Both the position numbers and the translations under genes were made by a program. Shown piece by piece: positions 44,683 through 53,486 of a stretch of DNA of 64,000 nucleotides. The DNA comes from a virus. Its lineage: Duplodnaviria > Caudoviricetes. The notes beneath the pieces are model-generated. The model did no database searches. It saw nothing but the letters and a program-made list of their open reading frames with translations, and had not been told where the DNA came from. The stretch lies in the IMG/VR virus record IMGVR_UViG_3300047557_002530; one strand, 5' to 3'. Every line of letters begins with the position of its first letter. Position 1 is the stretch's first letter.

Positions 44683-47049
44683 ATGGCAGTTCAAAAGAAT
44701 TTCGTCATTCGCAATGGTCTGGAAGTAAATAACAATTTACTCGTCGCTGATAGTGCAACAGATTACGTTGGTATTGGTACATCAAGTCCGAAATACACCC
44801 TTGAAGTCATTGGTGGAATTGGTGTTACGTATGCGAATATTCTTGGTATCGCTACAGTAGGTCAAGAGTTTAATGTAGGAACTGGTGGTACTGTAATCAC
44901 CTCATTAGACTCTGGACTTACCGGTTTTGGTACAGCAACGCCAGCATATATTGTTGACATACGATCTCCAGTCTCAACAGGGCAAACTGCACTTTACGTT
45001 CAAGGTGATGTAAGAGTTACTGGAGACGTATACGCAGATGATATTTCACTGGACCAGGCAACTTTTAATAACATAGAAGTTTCTGGTGTTGGTACAATTA
45101 GAACTGCTTCTATTGACCTTGGATATGTAAAGACCGGTATTGTAACCAACTTAAGTACGAGTGGTATTGGATCTATTACGATCGCAGCAATTCGTGATGG
45201 TTATATCAATACTGGCATTGTTACAAATCTAGTCACAACCGGAATTGCAAGCATTAATACTGGTGTTGTTACAACAGCATATGTTAACACCGGCATTATC
45301 ACGACTTTAAGTGGTTCTAACCTTTCTTATAGTGGCATTGGTTCTTTTGGAAGTATTAACGCTGATACTGGAAGAATTAATACTGGTATTGTAACTAATT
45401 TAGTAACTACTGGTATTGCATCAGTCAATACTGGAGTTCTAACAAGTGCTTATGTAACAACAGGTATCGTTACTACAATCAGTGGTACTACGCTAAATTA
45501 CACTGGTATTGGTACAGTTGCCAACTTTAACGCAACAAATGCAACAGTATCTGGACTTACTACTACGGGTTCTCTGGCAGTTGCGACCGGATTTGATGTT
45601 TATGCAGCAGACTCAACTTTCCACGGTAGCGTAACTATTGATGGAAACCTATCAATCGGTGGTACTTCTGCAATCCTGAATGCAGTACAAGTAAGAGTAG
45701 AAGATAAAGATATTATTCTTGGATTTACTACTGCAATAACACCATCCGATGATACTGCAAATCACGGTGGTGTTGCTATTGCATCAACTGAAGGGTATCC
45801 ATTAGTTTCTTTTGCAGTTGCTGGTATTAATACACTACCCGACACATACAAGCAAGTTATGTGGGTGAAGCGCAATACAATGGGATCTGGAACCACTGAT
45901 GCTTTCTTATTTAATTATGCTGTTGGTGTTGGAAGTACTCAAGTACCCAATGGAGTAAGATTTGCTGCTGGTAGTATTCAGTTTACTGAGAATGTAATCA
46001 ACACCCCAAATCTAAATGTAACTGGTGTTAGTACTATTGCCACTGCATCAGTTGACCTTGGATATGTAAAAACTGGTATTATCACTACATTAAGTGGATC
46101 TAATCTTTCTTACAGTGGTATTGTAACTGCAGGATCTGTTACTATTAATGGAACTTCAGTTATTAGTTCTGGCAGACAACTTCAAAACATTGCTTCACTT
46201 GATGCAACGACAACTGCAACGATTGAAGCAGCGATTGCTAATGCACCAAATACTTCTCAAGATATTGTAGTCACTGGTATTGCAAGCATTAATACTGGTG
46301 TATTTACTTCATTCTTCTCACCAACAGGTATTATTACAACTCTAAGTGGTTCTAATATTAACTATAGTGGTATTGGTACATTTGGAACAGTATCTGTTGA
46401 CCTTGGATATGTAAAAACTGGCATTGTAACTAATTTAACGACTTCTGGTATTGGTACAATTACCACTGCAGTAATTGAGACAGGTAATATTGTAACTGGT
46501 GTTGTTACTACAATCACTGGTACTACACTAAACTATAGTGGAATATCAACTGTTGGTAACTTCAGAATTACTCCAGTTGGTTCTGGTGCAACTGTAGGTA
46601 ACTCTGGCATTGTTACTTATTATGGTGACGGTTCTCAACTTTCCAATATCATTTCCGGTGTTGGTATTCAGTCAGCAGGAACTCTAGTTGGCACTGGATT
46701 TACTACACTCAACTTCATTGGCGCAGGAAATACTTTTGCAGTCAATGGAACAACGATTGATATTAGTATTTCTGGTGGCGGCGCAGGTGCTGGTGGAACT
46801 TGGACGACTTATAATGCTGGTATTGCAACCAGTAAATCTGTTGGAGTTCATACTTCTACGATTGATAATGCAAACCTCACAGGTGTTGGAAACTCATTCC
46901 AAGGACTCTATGTTGGTAATGGTATGATTATTGTTGATAATCAGTTAAATGGAGATCATTACATTGGAACTGCTTATAATGGTTTAATGGCAGGTCCTGT
47001 CACCATTAACGGAATACTGACCGTTGATGGTAACTATGTTGTAGTCTAA
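44683..47049 (+). CDS. Tail-fibre protein with degenerate TG(I/V)(V/I)T repeats
   Basis: Many GIVT/GIIT repeats; YYGDGSQLSNI; C-terminal AGPVTING.LTVDG. Confidence 0.8.
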   Translation: MAVQKNFVIRNGLEVNNNLLVADSATDYVGIGTSSPKYTLEVIGGIGVTYANILGIATVGQEFNVGTGGTVITSLDSGLTGFGTATPAYIVDIRSPVSTGQTALYVQGDVRVTGDVYADDISLDQATFNNIEVSGVGTIRTASIDLGYVKTGIVTNLSTSGIGSITIAAIRDGYINTGIVTNLVTTGIASINTGVVTTAYVNTGIITTLSGSNLSYSGIGSFGSINADTGRINTGIVTNLVTTGIASVNTGVLTSAYVTTGIVTTISGTTLNYTGIGTVANFNATNATVSGLTTTGSLAVATGFDVYAADSTFHGSVTIDGNLSIGGTSAILNAVQVRVEDKDIILGFTTAITPSDDTANHGGVAIASTEGYPLVSFAVAGINTLPDTYKQVMWVKRNTMGSGTTDAFLFNYAVGVGSTQVPNGVRFAAGSIQFTENVINTPNLNVTGVSTIATASVDLGYVKTGIITTLSGSNLSYSGIVTAGSVTINGTSVISSGRQLQNIASLDATTTATIEAAIANAPNTSQDIVVTGIASINTGVFTSFFSPTGIITTLSGSNINYSGIGTFGTVSVDLGYVKTGIVTNLTTSGIGTITTAVIETGNIVTGVVTTITGTTLNYSGISTVGNFRITPVGSGATVGNSGIVTYYGDGSQLSNIISGVGIQSAGTLVGTGFTTLNFIGAGNTFAVNGTTIDISISGGGAGAGGTWTTYNAGIATSKSVGVHTSTIDNANLTGVGNSFQGLYVGNGMIIVDNQLNGDHYIGTAYNGLMAGPVTINGILTVDGNYVVV

Positions 47050-47077
47050 ATAGTAAAAAATAGGGGATAGTGAACCT

Positions 47078-47956
47078 ATGACGGTTATCAGGCCAAATAG
47101 CATCGCTGGTATTACTTCTATTGCCGCGCTGGGAGATAATATTAGTTTCTATAACTCCGATGGAGTAAACATTAGTCAGTTTAATGCAAATATTAACTCA
47201 ATAAGTGGCGTTAGTACTATTGCAAACTTAAGAGTAACTGGCGTAAGTACTATTTCCAATTTAAATGCCACTGGCGTTAGTACTATTGCAAACTTAAGAG
47301 TAACTGGCGTAAGTACTATTTCCAATTTAAATGCCACTGGCGTTAGTACTATTGCAAACTTAAGAGTAACTGGTGTTGTTACTGCCAGTTCATATTATGG
47401 TGATGGGAGCAATTTAACAGGCATTTCCTCTGTTTCATTTGCTACAACTTCATTTGGATTATCAGGTAATCCTTCAGTATTGGTTTCTGGTATTGGCATT
47501 AATACGACATCTGCATCACAACAATTTCAAGTTGGATCTGGAACATCAATTGTAGTTATTGATAGTTCTGGCGATTTGGGTATTGGTACAGTATCAGTAC
47601 CTTCAAGATTTTACGTTCAAGGAAATGCAGCGGGCAATATTGTAAGTATTGGAAATACAAACGCAACGACAACTCTTGATTTTACAAGAGGAAATAATTT
47701 TACTTTGACACTAACTGGAAATATTACAATTGCTAATCCAACTGGTGTTACAACCGGACAGTCTGGAGTTATTTTGATTCAGGAAGATGGTACTGGCGGA
47801 TATACTTGTGCCTGGGGAACCAGTTGGGACTTTGCAAGTTCTACTGCACCAACTTTAACAACAACAGCAAATGCACTAAATGCACTTCCTTATTTTGCAA
47901 GAAGTACTACTAGTATTGTAGTTGGTTCTGTAATCGCAGGTATTGGTACTCTTTGA
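47078..47956 (+). CDS. Short tail-fibre-like protein
   Basis: YYGDGSNLTGI; LDFTRGNNFTLTLTGN...GQSG C-terminal domain. Confidence 0.75.
   Translation: MTVIRPNSIAGITSIAALGDNISFYNSDGVNISQFNANINSISGVSTIANLRVTGVSTISNLNATGVSTIANLRVTGVSTISNLNATGVSTIANLRVTGVVTASSYYGDGSNLTGISSVSFATTSFGLSGNPSVLVSGIGINTTSASQQFQVGSGTSIVVIDSSGDLGIGTVSVPSRFYVQGNAAGNIVSIGNTNATTTLDFTRGNNFTLTLTGNITIANPTGVTTGQSGVILIQEDGTGGYTCAWGTSWDFASSTAPTLTTTANALNALPYFARSTTSIVVGSVIAGIGTL
47207..47373 (+). repeat. Perfect 66-bp tandem repeat (about 2.5 copies)
   Basis: Units start at 47207, 47273, 47339; encodes GVSTIANLRVTGVSTISNLNAT. Confidence 0.93.
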
Positions 47957-47971
47957 TAACGGAGAAAAACT

Positions 47972-50380
47972 ATGAGTATTCCAGGTAGCCTTACTCCCCT
48001 CTTTAATTCTGGTGGTGGAGCGGGGTATCAGGTGTCCAGATCAATTCGGCTGAACGCATCGGACTCGGCCTATCTCAGCCGCACCCCCGCATCAGCCGGC
48101 AACCGCAAGACGTGGACCTGGGCGGGGTGGGTGAAGCGGAGCAAGTTCAGCCAAAATATGCCGATTTTTGGAACCGATTACAATGGGGCCAGTTACTTCA
48201 CCTTGTATTTTACAGGTGGAAATAATTTTGCTATTGAAAATTATAACGCAAGCTATCAACTTCGAGTTCAAACGACACAATTATTTCGAGATCCATCAGC
48301 ATGGTTTCATCTGGTTGTCACTCTTGACACAACTCAAGGCACAGCTTCCGACAGGTGCAAAATTTACGTCAATGGATCTCAGGTAACGGCATTAGATTTT
48401 AATACCTACCCGTCTCAAAACGCTGATTTGCTTATAAACAACAATCAGTATCACGAAATCAGCACGACAAACAGCACTTACACGTTTGGCGGCTACCTAG
48501 CCGACATCCACTTCATCGACGGCCAAGCGCTAACCCCCACCAGCTTCGGCGAGTTCTCCGCCACCACCGGCGTGTGGATGCCCAAGGCGTACGCCGGCAG
48601 TTATGGCACCAACGGGTTCAAACTCAACTTCTCCGATAACAGCACCGCCGCCGCATTAGGAACGGACACTAGCGGGAATGGGAACACGTGGAGTGTCAAC
48701 AACCTATCCGTCACCGCTGGTGCAGGCAACGACAGCCTCGTAGACGTTCCCGTCAACGGCAGCGAGGTTGATACCGGAGCGGGCGGGCAGGTGAGGGGAA
48801 ATTACTGCACGTTGAATCCACTGGATAAGGGAAGCAACGTCACGCTGACCAACGGCAATCTGGACGTTTCTACAAACTCAACCTGGAACTCAGTTAGAGC
48901 GACTTTCGGTATCACATCAGGCAAGTGGTACTGGGAATACACCATGACTGCCGCCGGATACACAATGGTCGGCATAGGCTCTCGTGTCATTGATCTTGCT
49001 GGATACATTGGCCAGAGTTCTGCCGGTTACGCCTACTATTCACTGAACGGCAATAAATGGAATAGCGGTTCAGCAGCAAGCTACGGCAGTTCCTTCACCA
49101 CTAACGACGTGGTTGGTGTCGCTTTTGATGCAGATGCTGGCAAGATCTGGTTTTCTAAAAACGGCACTTGGCAGGCCAGTGGTGATCCCGCTGCAGGCAC
49201 AAATGCTGCGTACACCAGCATCCCAAGCAGCACTTACTTCCCCACCATTTCGCAAGACAACTCTCTACCTGCTTCCACTGGCGGAACACTGAACGCAGGC
49301 GCTCGTAGTTTCGCCTACACCGCCCCCAGCGGCTTCAAGGCGCTCTGCACGGCAAACCTGCCCGCACCCACCATCGTGAAGCCGAGCACGGTGATGGATG
49401 TGAAGCTGTATACGGGCAATGGCAGCACGCAGACTATTTCGGGGTTGGGGTTTAGTCCTGATTTGGTGTGGATGAAGGTCCGCAGCATTGGCTATAACCA
49501 CACGCTGATTGACTCAGTTCGTGGAGCGACTAAGACCCTTAGCTCCAGTATGACCGTGCAGGAATACACCGAACCGACAGGTCCGACAGCTTTCACCTCA
49601 GATGGCTGGTCGATGTCGGGGGATGTAACTTACGTCGGCTCTGTTAATGCCAACGGGCAAACATATGCGGGCTGGTGCTGGGACGCCGGCAGCTCCACCG
49701 TCACGAACACACAAGGCTCCATCACTAGTCAGGTGAGGGCTAATGCCAGTGCGGGGTTCTCGATTGTTACTTACAGCGGCAACAGCACTGCAGGTGCAAC
49801 CGTGGGACATGGGTTAGGTGTTGCACCAGCATTTGTTATTGCCAAAAGCCGCAATAATTCAAGTGAATGGATGTGTTATCACCAATCACTCGGAAATGCG
49901 CAGTCAATCATTCTCAATACAACTGCAGCAGCGGGAGGCTCTTCTGGTTGGAATAGCACCAGCCCCTCATCGACAGTTATCACACTCGGCGTTTCGGGTG
50001 CTGGTAATTTCTCCGGCTACACGCATGTGATATACGCCTTCGCCCCAGTAGCCGGGTACTCTAGTTTTGGTTCATATGTAGGGAATGGATCGTCAGATGG
50101 GGTTTTTGTGTATACCGGCTTTAGGCCAGCAGTGGTTATTATAAAGTCAACAGGCGTAGAAAATTGGTTTATTTTTGATAACGATAGATTAGGATACAAT
50201 CCTGATCACAGCTATTTGCTTCCAAACAGCAGTGCAGCAGAAACCTCCTTTTCTGGTTTCGACTTGTTATCAAACGGTTTCAAATGGCGCACAAATTCTG
50301 TAGCATTAAATAACAATGGAACTTCTTACGTCTACGCCGCCTTCGCAGAATCGCCCTTCGCCTACAGCCGCGCTAGGTAA
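47972..50380 (+). CDS. Tail fibre with ConA/LamG-like and SPRY-like lectin domains; high-GC mosaic
   Basis: RKTWTWAGWVKR; WFHLVV; GYLADIHFIDG; GKWYWE; GVAFDADAGKIWF; FKALCTANL. Confidence 0.8.
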   Translation: MSIPGSLTPLFNSGGGAGYQVSRSIRLNASDSAYLSRTPASAGNRKTWTWAGWVKRSKFSQNMPIFGTDYNGASYFTLYFTGGNNFAIENYNASYQLRVQTTQLFRDPSAWFHLVVTLDTTQGTASDRCKIYVNGSQVTALDFNTYPSQNADLLINNNQYHEISTTNSTYTFGGYLADIHFIDGQALTPTSFGEFSATTGVWMPKAYAGSYGTNGFKLNFSDNSTAAALGTDTSGNGNTWSVNNLSVTAGAGNDSLVDVPVNGSEVDTGAGGQVRGNYCTLNPLDKGSNVTLTNGNLDVSTNSTWNSVRATFGITSGKWYWEYTMTAAGYTMVGIGSRVIDLAGYIGQSSAGYAYYSLNGNKWNSGSAASYGSSFTTNDVVGVAFDADAGKIWFSKNGTWQASGDPAAGTNAAYTSIPSSTYFPTISQDNSLPASTGGTLNAGARSFAYTAPSGFKALCTANLPAPTIVKPSTVMDVKLYTGNGSTQTISGLGFSPDLVWMKVRSIGYNHTLIDSVRGATKTLSSSMTVQEYTEPTGPTAFTSDGWSMSGDVTYVGSVNANGQTYAGWCWDAGSSTVTNTQGSITSQVRANASAGFSIVTYSGNSTAGATVGHGLGVAPAFVIAKSRNNSSEWMCYHQSLGNAQSIILNTTAAAGGSSGWNSTSPSSTVITLGVSGAGNFSGYTHVIYAFAPVAGYSSFGSYVGNGSSDGVFVYTGFRPAVVIIKSTGVENWFIFDNDRLGYNPDHSYLLPNSSAAETSFSGFDLLSNGFKWRTNSVALNNNGTSYVYAAFAESPFAYSRAR

Positions 50381-50428
50381 ATAATAACCACTGTGTTCAT
50401 AATAAATATTTAAAAAGTACTATCTAAA

Positions 50429-50932
50429 ATGTTTATATTAAACGAAAAACCATTAGCATTAGATGTCCCATTTACTCATAATGGCGTACAGTATCCTGCA
50501 AATTGGTTAAGATTAACTACTTTTGAAGAAAAACAAGCAATTGGAATTACAGAAGAACCCGATCCTATTATCCACGATCAAAGGTATTATTGGGACATTG
50601 GAATTCCAAAACAACTTGAAGATGAAACAGTTACTACTGAAGATGGGAGAACTTATATTCAAACAGGACTAAAAACTCAACATATTACACAAACCAAAGA
50701 AACTGCAAATACACTTCTACAACCAACTGATTGGTATATTATAAGAAGTTTTGAAAGAGGTATTGATGTCCCTGTAGGTGTTGCAACTTATCGTGCTGCT
50801 GTCATTTCAGTTGCAGAAGAAAGAGAAGAATTAATTTCTGCAGTAACCACTGTAGAAGAACTTAAAGCACTTTATGAATCTTCTGCAAACGGTAGTGCAA
50901 TGCCAAGTTGGCCTTCTCTTGAAAATATTTAA
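50429..50932 (+). CDS. Tail-fibre assembly/chaperone-like protein
   Basis: YPANWLRL; LLQPTDWYIIR..E; YRAAV; follows a fibre gene. Confidence 0.65.
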   Translation: MFILNEKPLALDVPFTHNGVQYPANWLRLTTFEEKQAIGITEEPDPIIHDQRYYWDIGIPKQLEDETVTTEDGRTYIQTGLKTQHITQTKETANTLLQPTDWYIIRSFERGIDVPVGVATYRAAVISVAEEREELISAVTTVEELKALYESSANGSAMPSWPSLENI

Positions 50933-50993
50933 AAGAAATCCTAGCAGCATAAAACTAATAAATAGTAAAAAGTAGGGGGAGAGTGAACCCGAG

Positions 50994-53042
50994 ATGGCTG
51001 CAGAAATCAGAGTAGATACTATCAAATCTAGGAGTGGTATTAATACTATTTCCTTAAACAATAATTCATTTTCTGTTCTTACTAATGTTGGTATTGGTAC
51101 TACAGTTGCAACATCTAAATTAGAAATCGTAGGTTCAGTTAATATATCTGGTATTACAACTATTGGTACAGTATTAATTACTTCAGGTATTGTAACTGCA
51201 ACTTCACCATCAGGAATTGTTACTTACTATGGTGACGGTTCTGAGTTGCTTGGTGTAATTGGTGGTATTGGTATTCAATCAGCAGGAACTATCATAGGAA
51301 CCGGAGTAACCACACTTAACTTTATTGGTGCTGCAAATACAATCAGTGTATCGGGTTCCACGGCAACAATAAGTATTACTGGAAATTCCGCACCAGTCAC
51401 AAAGATTTCAACAGCAACATTTAATCCAGTTGGTTTTGCAACAGCAACAATCAATATCAATAATTCTACATCAGTTGGTTATGCAATCACTGGACTTTCA
51501 CCATCCCAAGTAGTGACATTTGATATTAATAGTACTGGTGGAACAGCAACATCTCCTGCAGTTCAGTGTGGAGCAGCGGGAACAGTATCAGGAACAATTT
51601 CATTTACTGCCGCTGGTACTGCATATACATCAGGTTCTCCAGCAACTCAAATCATAAGATTCATTTCTGGTGGCGACATTGTAACCAAGAACTGGAATAT
51701 TGTAATTAATCCAATTGAAGCAACAACGGCACTTGGTTGGGATGCATCTGCTGACACTTATGCTTACTATACCTACGGAACTTCAACACAAATATTAGGT
51801 ATTGGTGTAACAACAAGAGATTATAAGAATCTTGATGTTCAATCCAGAATGAGACGCTGCGTGATTAATAACTCTGGTGTTGTTCAATATTACTTAGATG
51901 CTGATGATAGTACTAAAAAAGCAGGTGATTGGTTAAGAATTGTAGAAAGAAATGGACTTAATGTAGAATACACTGGAGTTCATACAGAAGAATCACATCC
52001 AGGTTTAAGAATGGGTGTTTCAAATTGGAGTGCTGGTACTTATACGCAAGGTCAAAGAGTCATTCATAATGGTTCTCTATGGGAATGTATTGTCGCATCT
52101 ACCACAGCAACACCAGCAGCAGGAAGTGTATCATCAAATCTTTCTGGTACTGATGGTCAGGTAATGGTAGAAATACCGACATTTAGTGTAAGACATACAA
52201 AATCGGGAAATGTGCATACCTTCCAAGTTGGTTTAGGAACTACAGTTTCTGGTTCTGGATATGAAGTTCATCCAGCATTTGTAAAGAGTGATAATTCTTA
52301 TCGTACTCATATTTACTTGGGCGCATATCAAGGAACTGGAGGAACCACAAGTGGAGCACTGTCTTCAGTTTCTGGTGTCAGTAATGTAGTCAATGCAACT
52401 CGTGCAACCTTTAGAACTGCAGCATCAGGAAGAGGAACTGGATGGCATCAATTGAGTTATTATGAGATGGCAGCTGCGTATCTGCTGATGGTAACAGAGT
52501 TTGATAGTGTGAATATTCAAAGAAGACTTGGAAACGGCGCTCAAGAAGGTTCTGTTTATGTCGTGAATACTGGACTTTCTAATTCCTCTGGTAATAAGTC
52601 ACAGAACAATTATACTGCTGGTGGGAGCGCTGCAAACTATATTACCTATCGTGGTCTTGAGAACATTTATGGTCGTGCGTGGCAGTGGGCAGATGGATTT
52701 AATGCAAACACAACTTCAGCATATCTAAACAAGAACTGGACAACTTGGTCAGATGATACTTCTACCAATTATACATTAGTTGGAACTACTGCATCAGGAG
52801 GTGGTTCTTATCAAACTGATTTCTTAAGTATCAATAATGTTCTTCTACCATCCACTGCATCTGGTGGTAGTGCAACAACTTATATTGCCGATGGTTTATG
52901 GACTTCTACTGGTTGGCGGGTGGCCACTGTGAGCGGCGCTAATGTTGGTTCGCTTGTTGGTCCTTTCTGCTTGGATCTGGGTAATGGTTCTTCCCTTGCT
53001 AGTGCCAACGTCGGCGGTCGTCTTTCTTGGGCGCCTGTTTAA
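50994..53042 (+). CDS. Tail fibre/receptor-binding protein, DGR target (Mtd/CLec-like C-terminus)
   Basis: DGQVMVEIP; YRGLENIYGRAWQWADG; the last 45 codons contain the VR. Confidence 0.88.
   Translation: MAAEIRVDTIKSRSGINTISLNNNSFSVLTNVGIGTTVATSKLEIVGSVNISGITTIGTVLITSGIVTATSPSGIVTYYGDGSELLGVIGGIGIQSAGTIIGTGVTTLNFIGAANTISVSGSTATISITGNSAPVTKISTATFNPVGFATATININNSTSVGYAITGLSPSQVVTFDINSTGGTATSPAVQCGAAGTVSGTISFTAAGTAYTSGSPATQIIRFISGGDIVTKNWNIVINPIEATTALGWDASADTYAYYTYGTSTQILGIGVTTRDYKNLDVQSRMRRCVINNSGVVQYYLDADDSTKKAGDWLRIVERNGLNVEYTGVHTEESHPGLRMGVSNWSAGTYTQGQRVIHNGSLWECIVASTTATPAAGSVSSNLSGTDGQVMVEIPTFSVRHTKSGNVHTFQVGLGTTVSGSGYEVHPAFVKSDNSYRTHIYLGAYQGTGGTTSGALSSVSGVSNVVNATRATFRTAASGRGTGWHQLSYYEMAAAYLLMVTEFDSVNIQRRLGNGAQEGSVYVVNTGLSNSSGNKSQNNYTAGGSAANYITYRGLENIYGRAWQWADGFNANTTSAYLNKNWTTWSDDTSTNYTLVGTTASGGGSYQTDFLSINNVLLPSTASGGSATTYIADGLWTSTGWRVATVSGANVGSLVGPFCLDLGNGSSLASANVGGRLSWAPV
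52908..53036 (+). repeat. DGR variable repeat (VR, 129 nt)
   Basis: 17 substitutions relative to TR, all at TR adenines, plus one in-frame 3-nt deletion. Confidence 0.95.
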
Positions 53043-53163
53043 TATTACGGAATATTGTGGAAGCACACGGAGACTTGCGGATTTTTTGCTCTTCGTTTAT
53101 AATACATATATGAATTGAGGAAACTTCCATTGCAGTAACTTTTGAGTAGGTTTGGTCTATGTC

Positions 53164-53295
53164 ACTGGTTGGCGGGTGGCCAATGTGAGCGGCAACACTA
53201 ATAATGGTTCGCTTGATGGTCCTTTCTACTTGAATCTGAATAATGATTCTTCCAATGCTAATACCAACATCAGCAGTCGTCTTTCTTGGGCGCCT
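53164..53295 (+). repeat. DGR template repeat (TR, 132 nt)
   Basis: 10 AAY codons; 30 adenines, none at third codon positions. Confidence 0.95.
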
Positions 53296-53486
53296 TGGTT
53301 TGAGTCTCAGTTGAGTTTCAGTTTACTTCAGTGAGTTTCCAGTGCTCTTTCACTTCTCTTCGGTTATAGCAAATCTTTAATCGCATTTAGACAAACCTTA
53401 CCACTCGGTAAAAATACACAGCAACGACAATAAGGATTAGTAAGTCTTTATGAATTTGAAAATCCTGTCACGACAGAGAAAATGTT

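Noticed and set aside
36052-50932. Additional DGR target (second VR) in other fibre genes
   Set aside because: I found no second copy of the TR 3' sequence (cgtctttcttgggcgcc) at the ends of the other fibre genes by eye; a remote VR outside the window cannot be excluded.
53152-53334. 60-aa protein-coding ORF or avd
   Set aside because: It is the open frame of the template repeat itself, with no Avd-like helical sequence.
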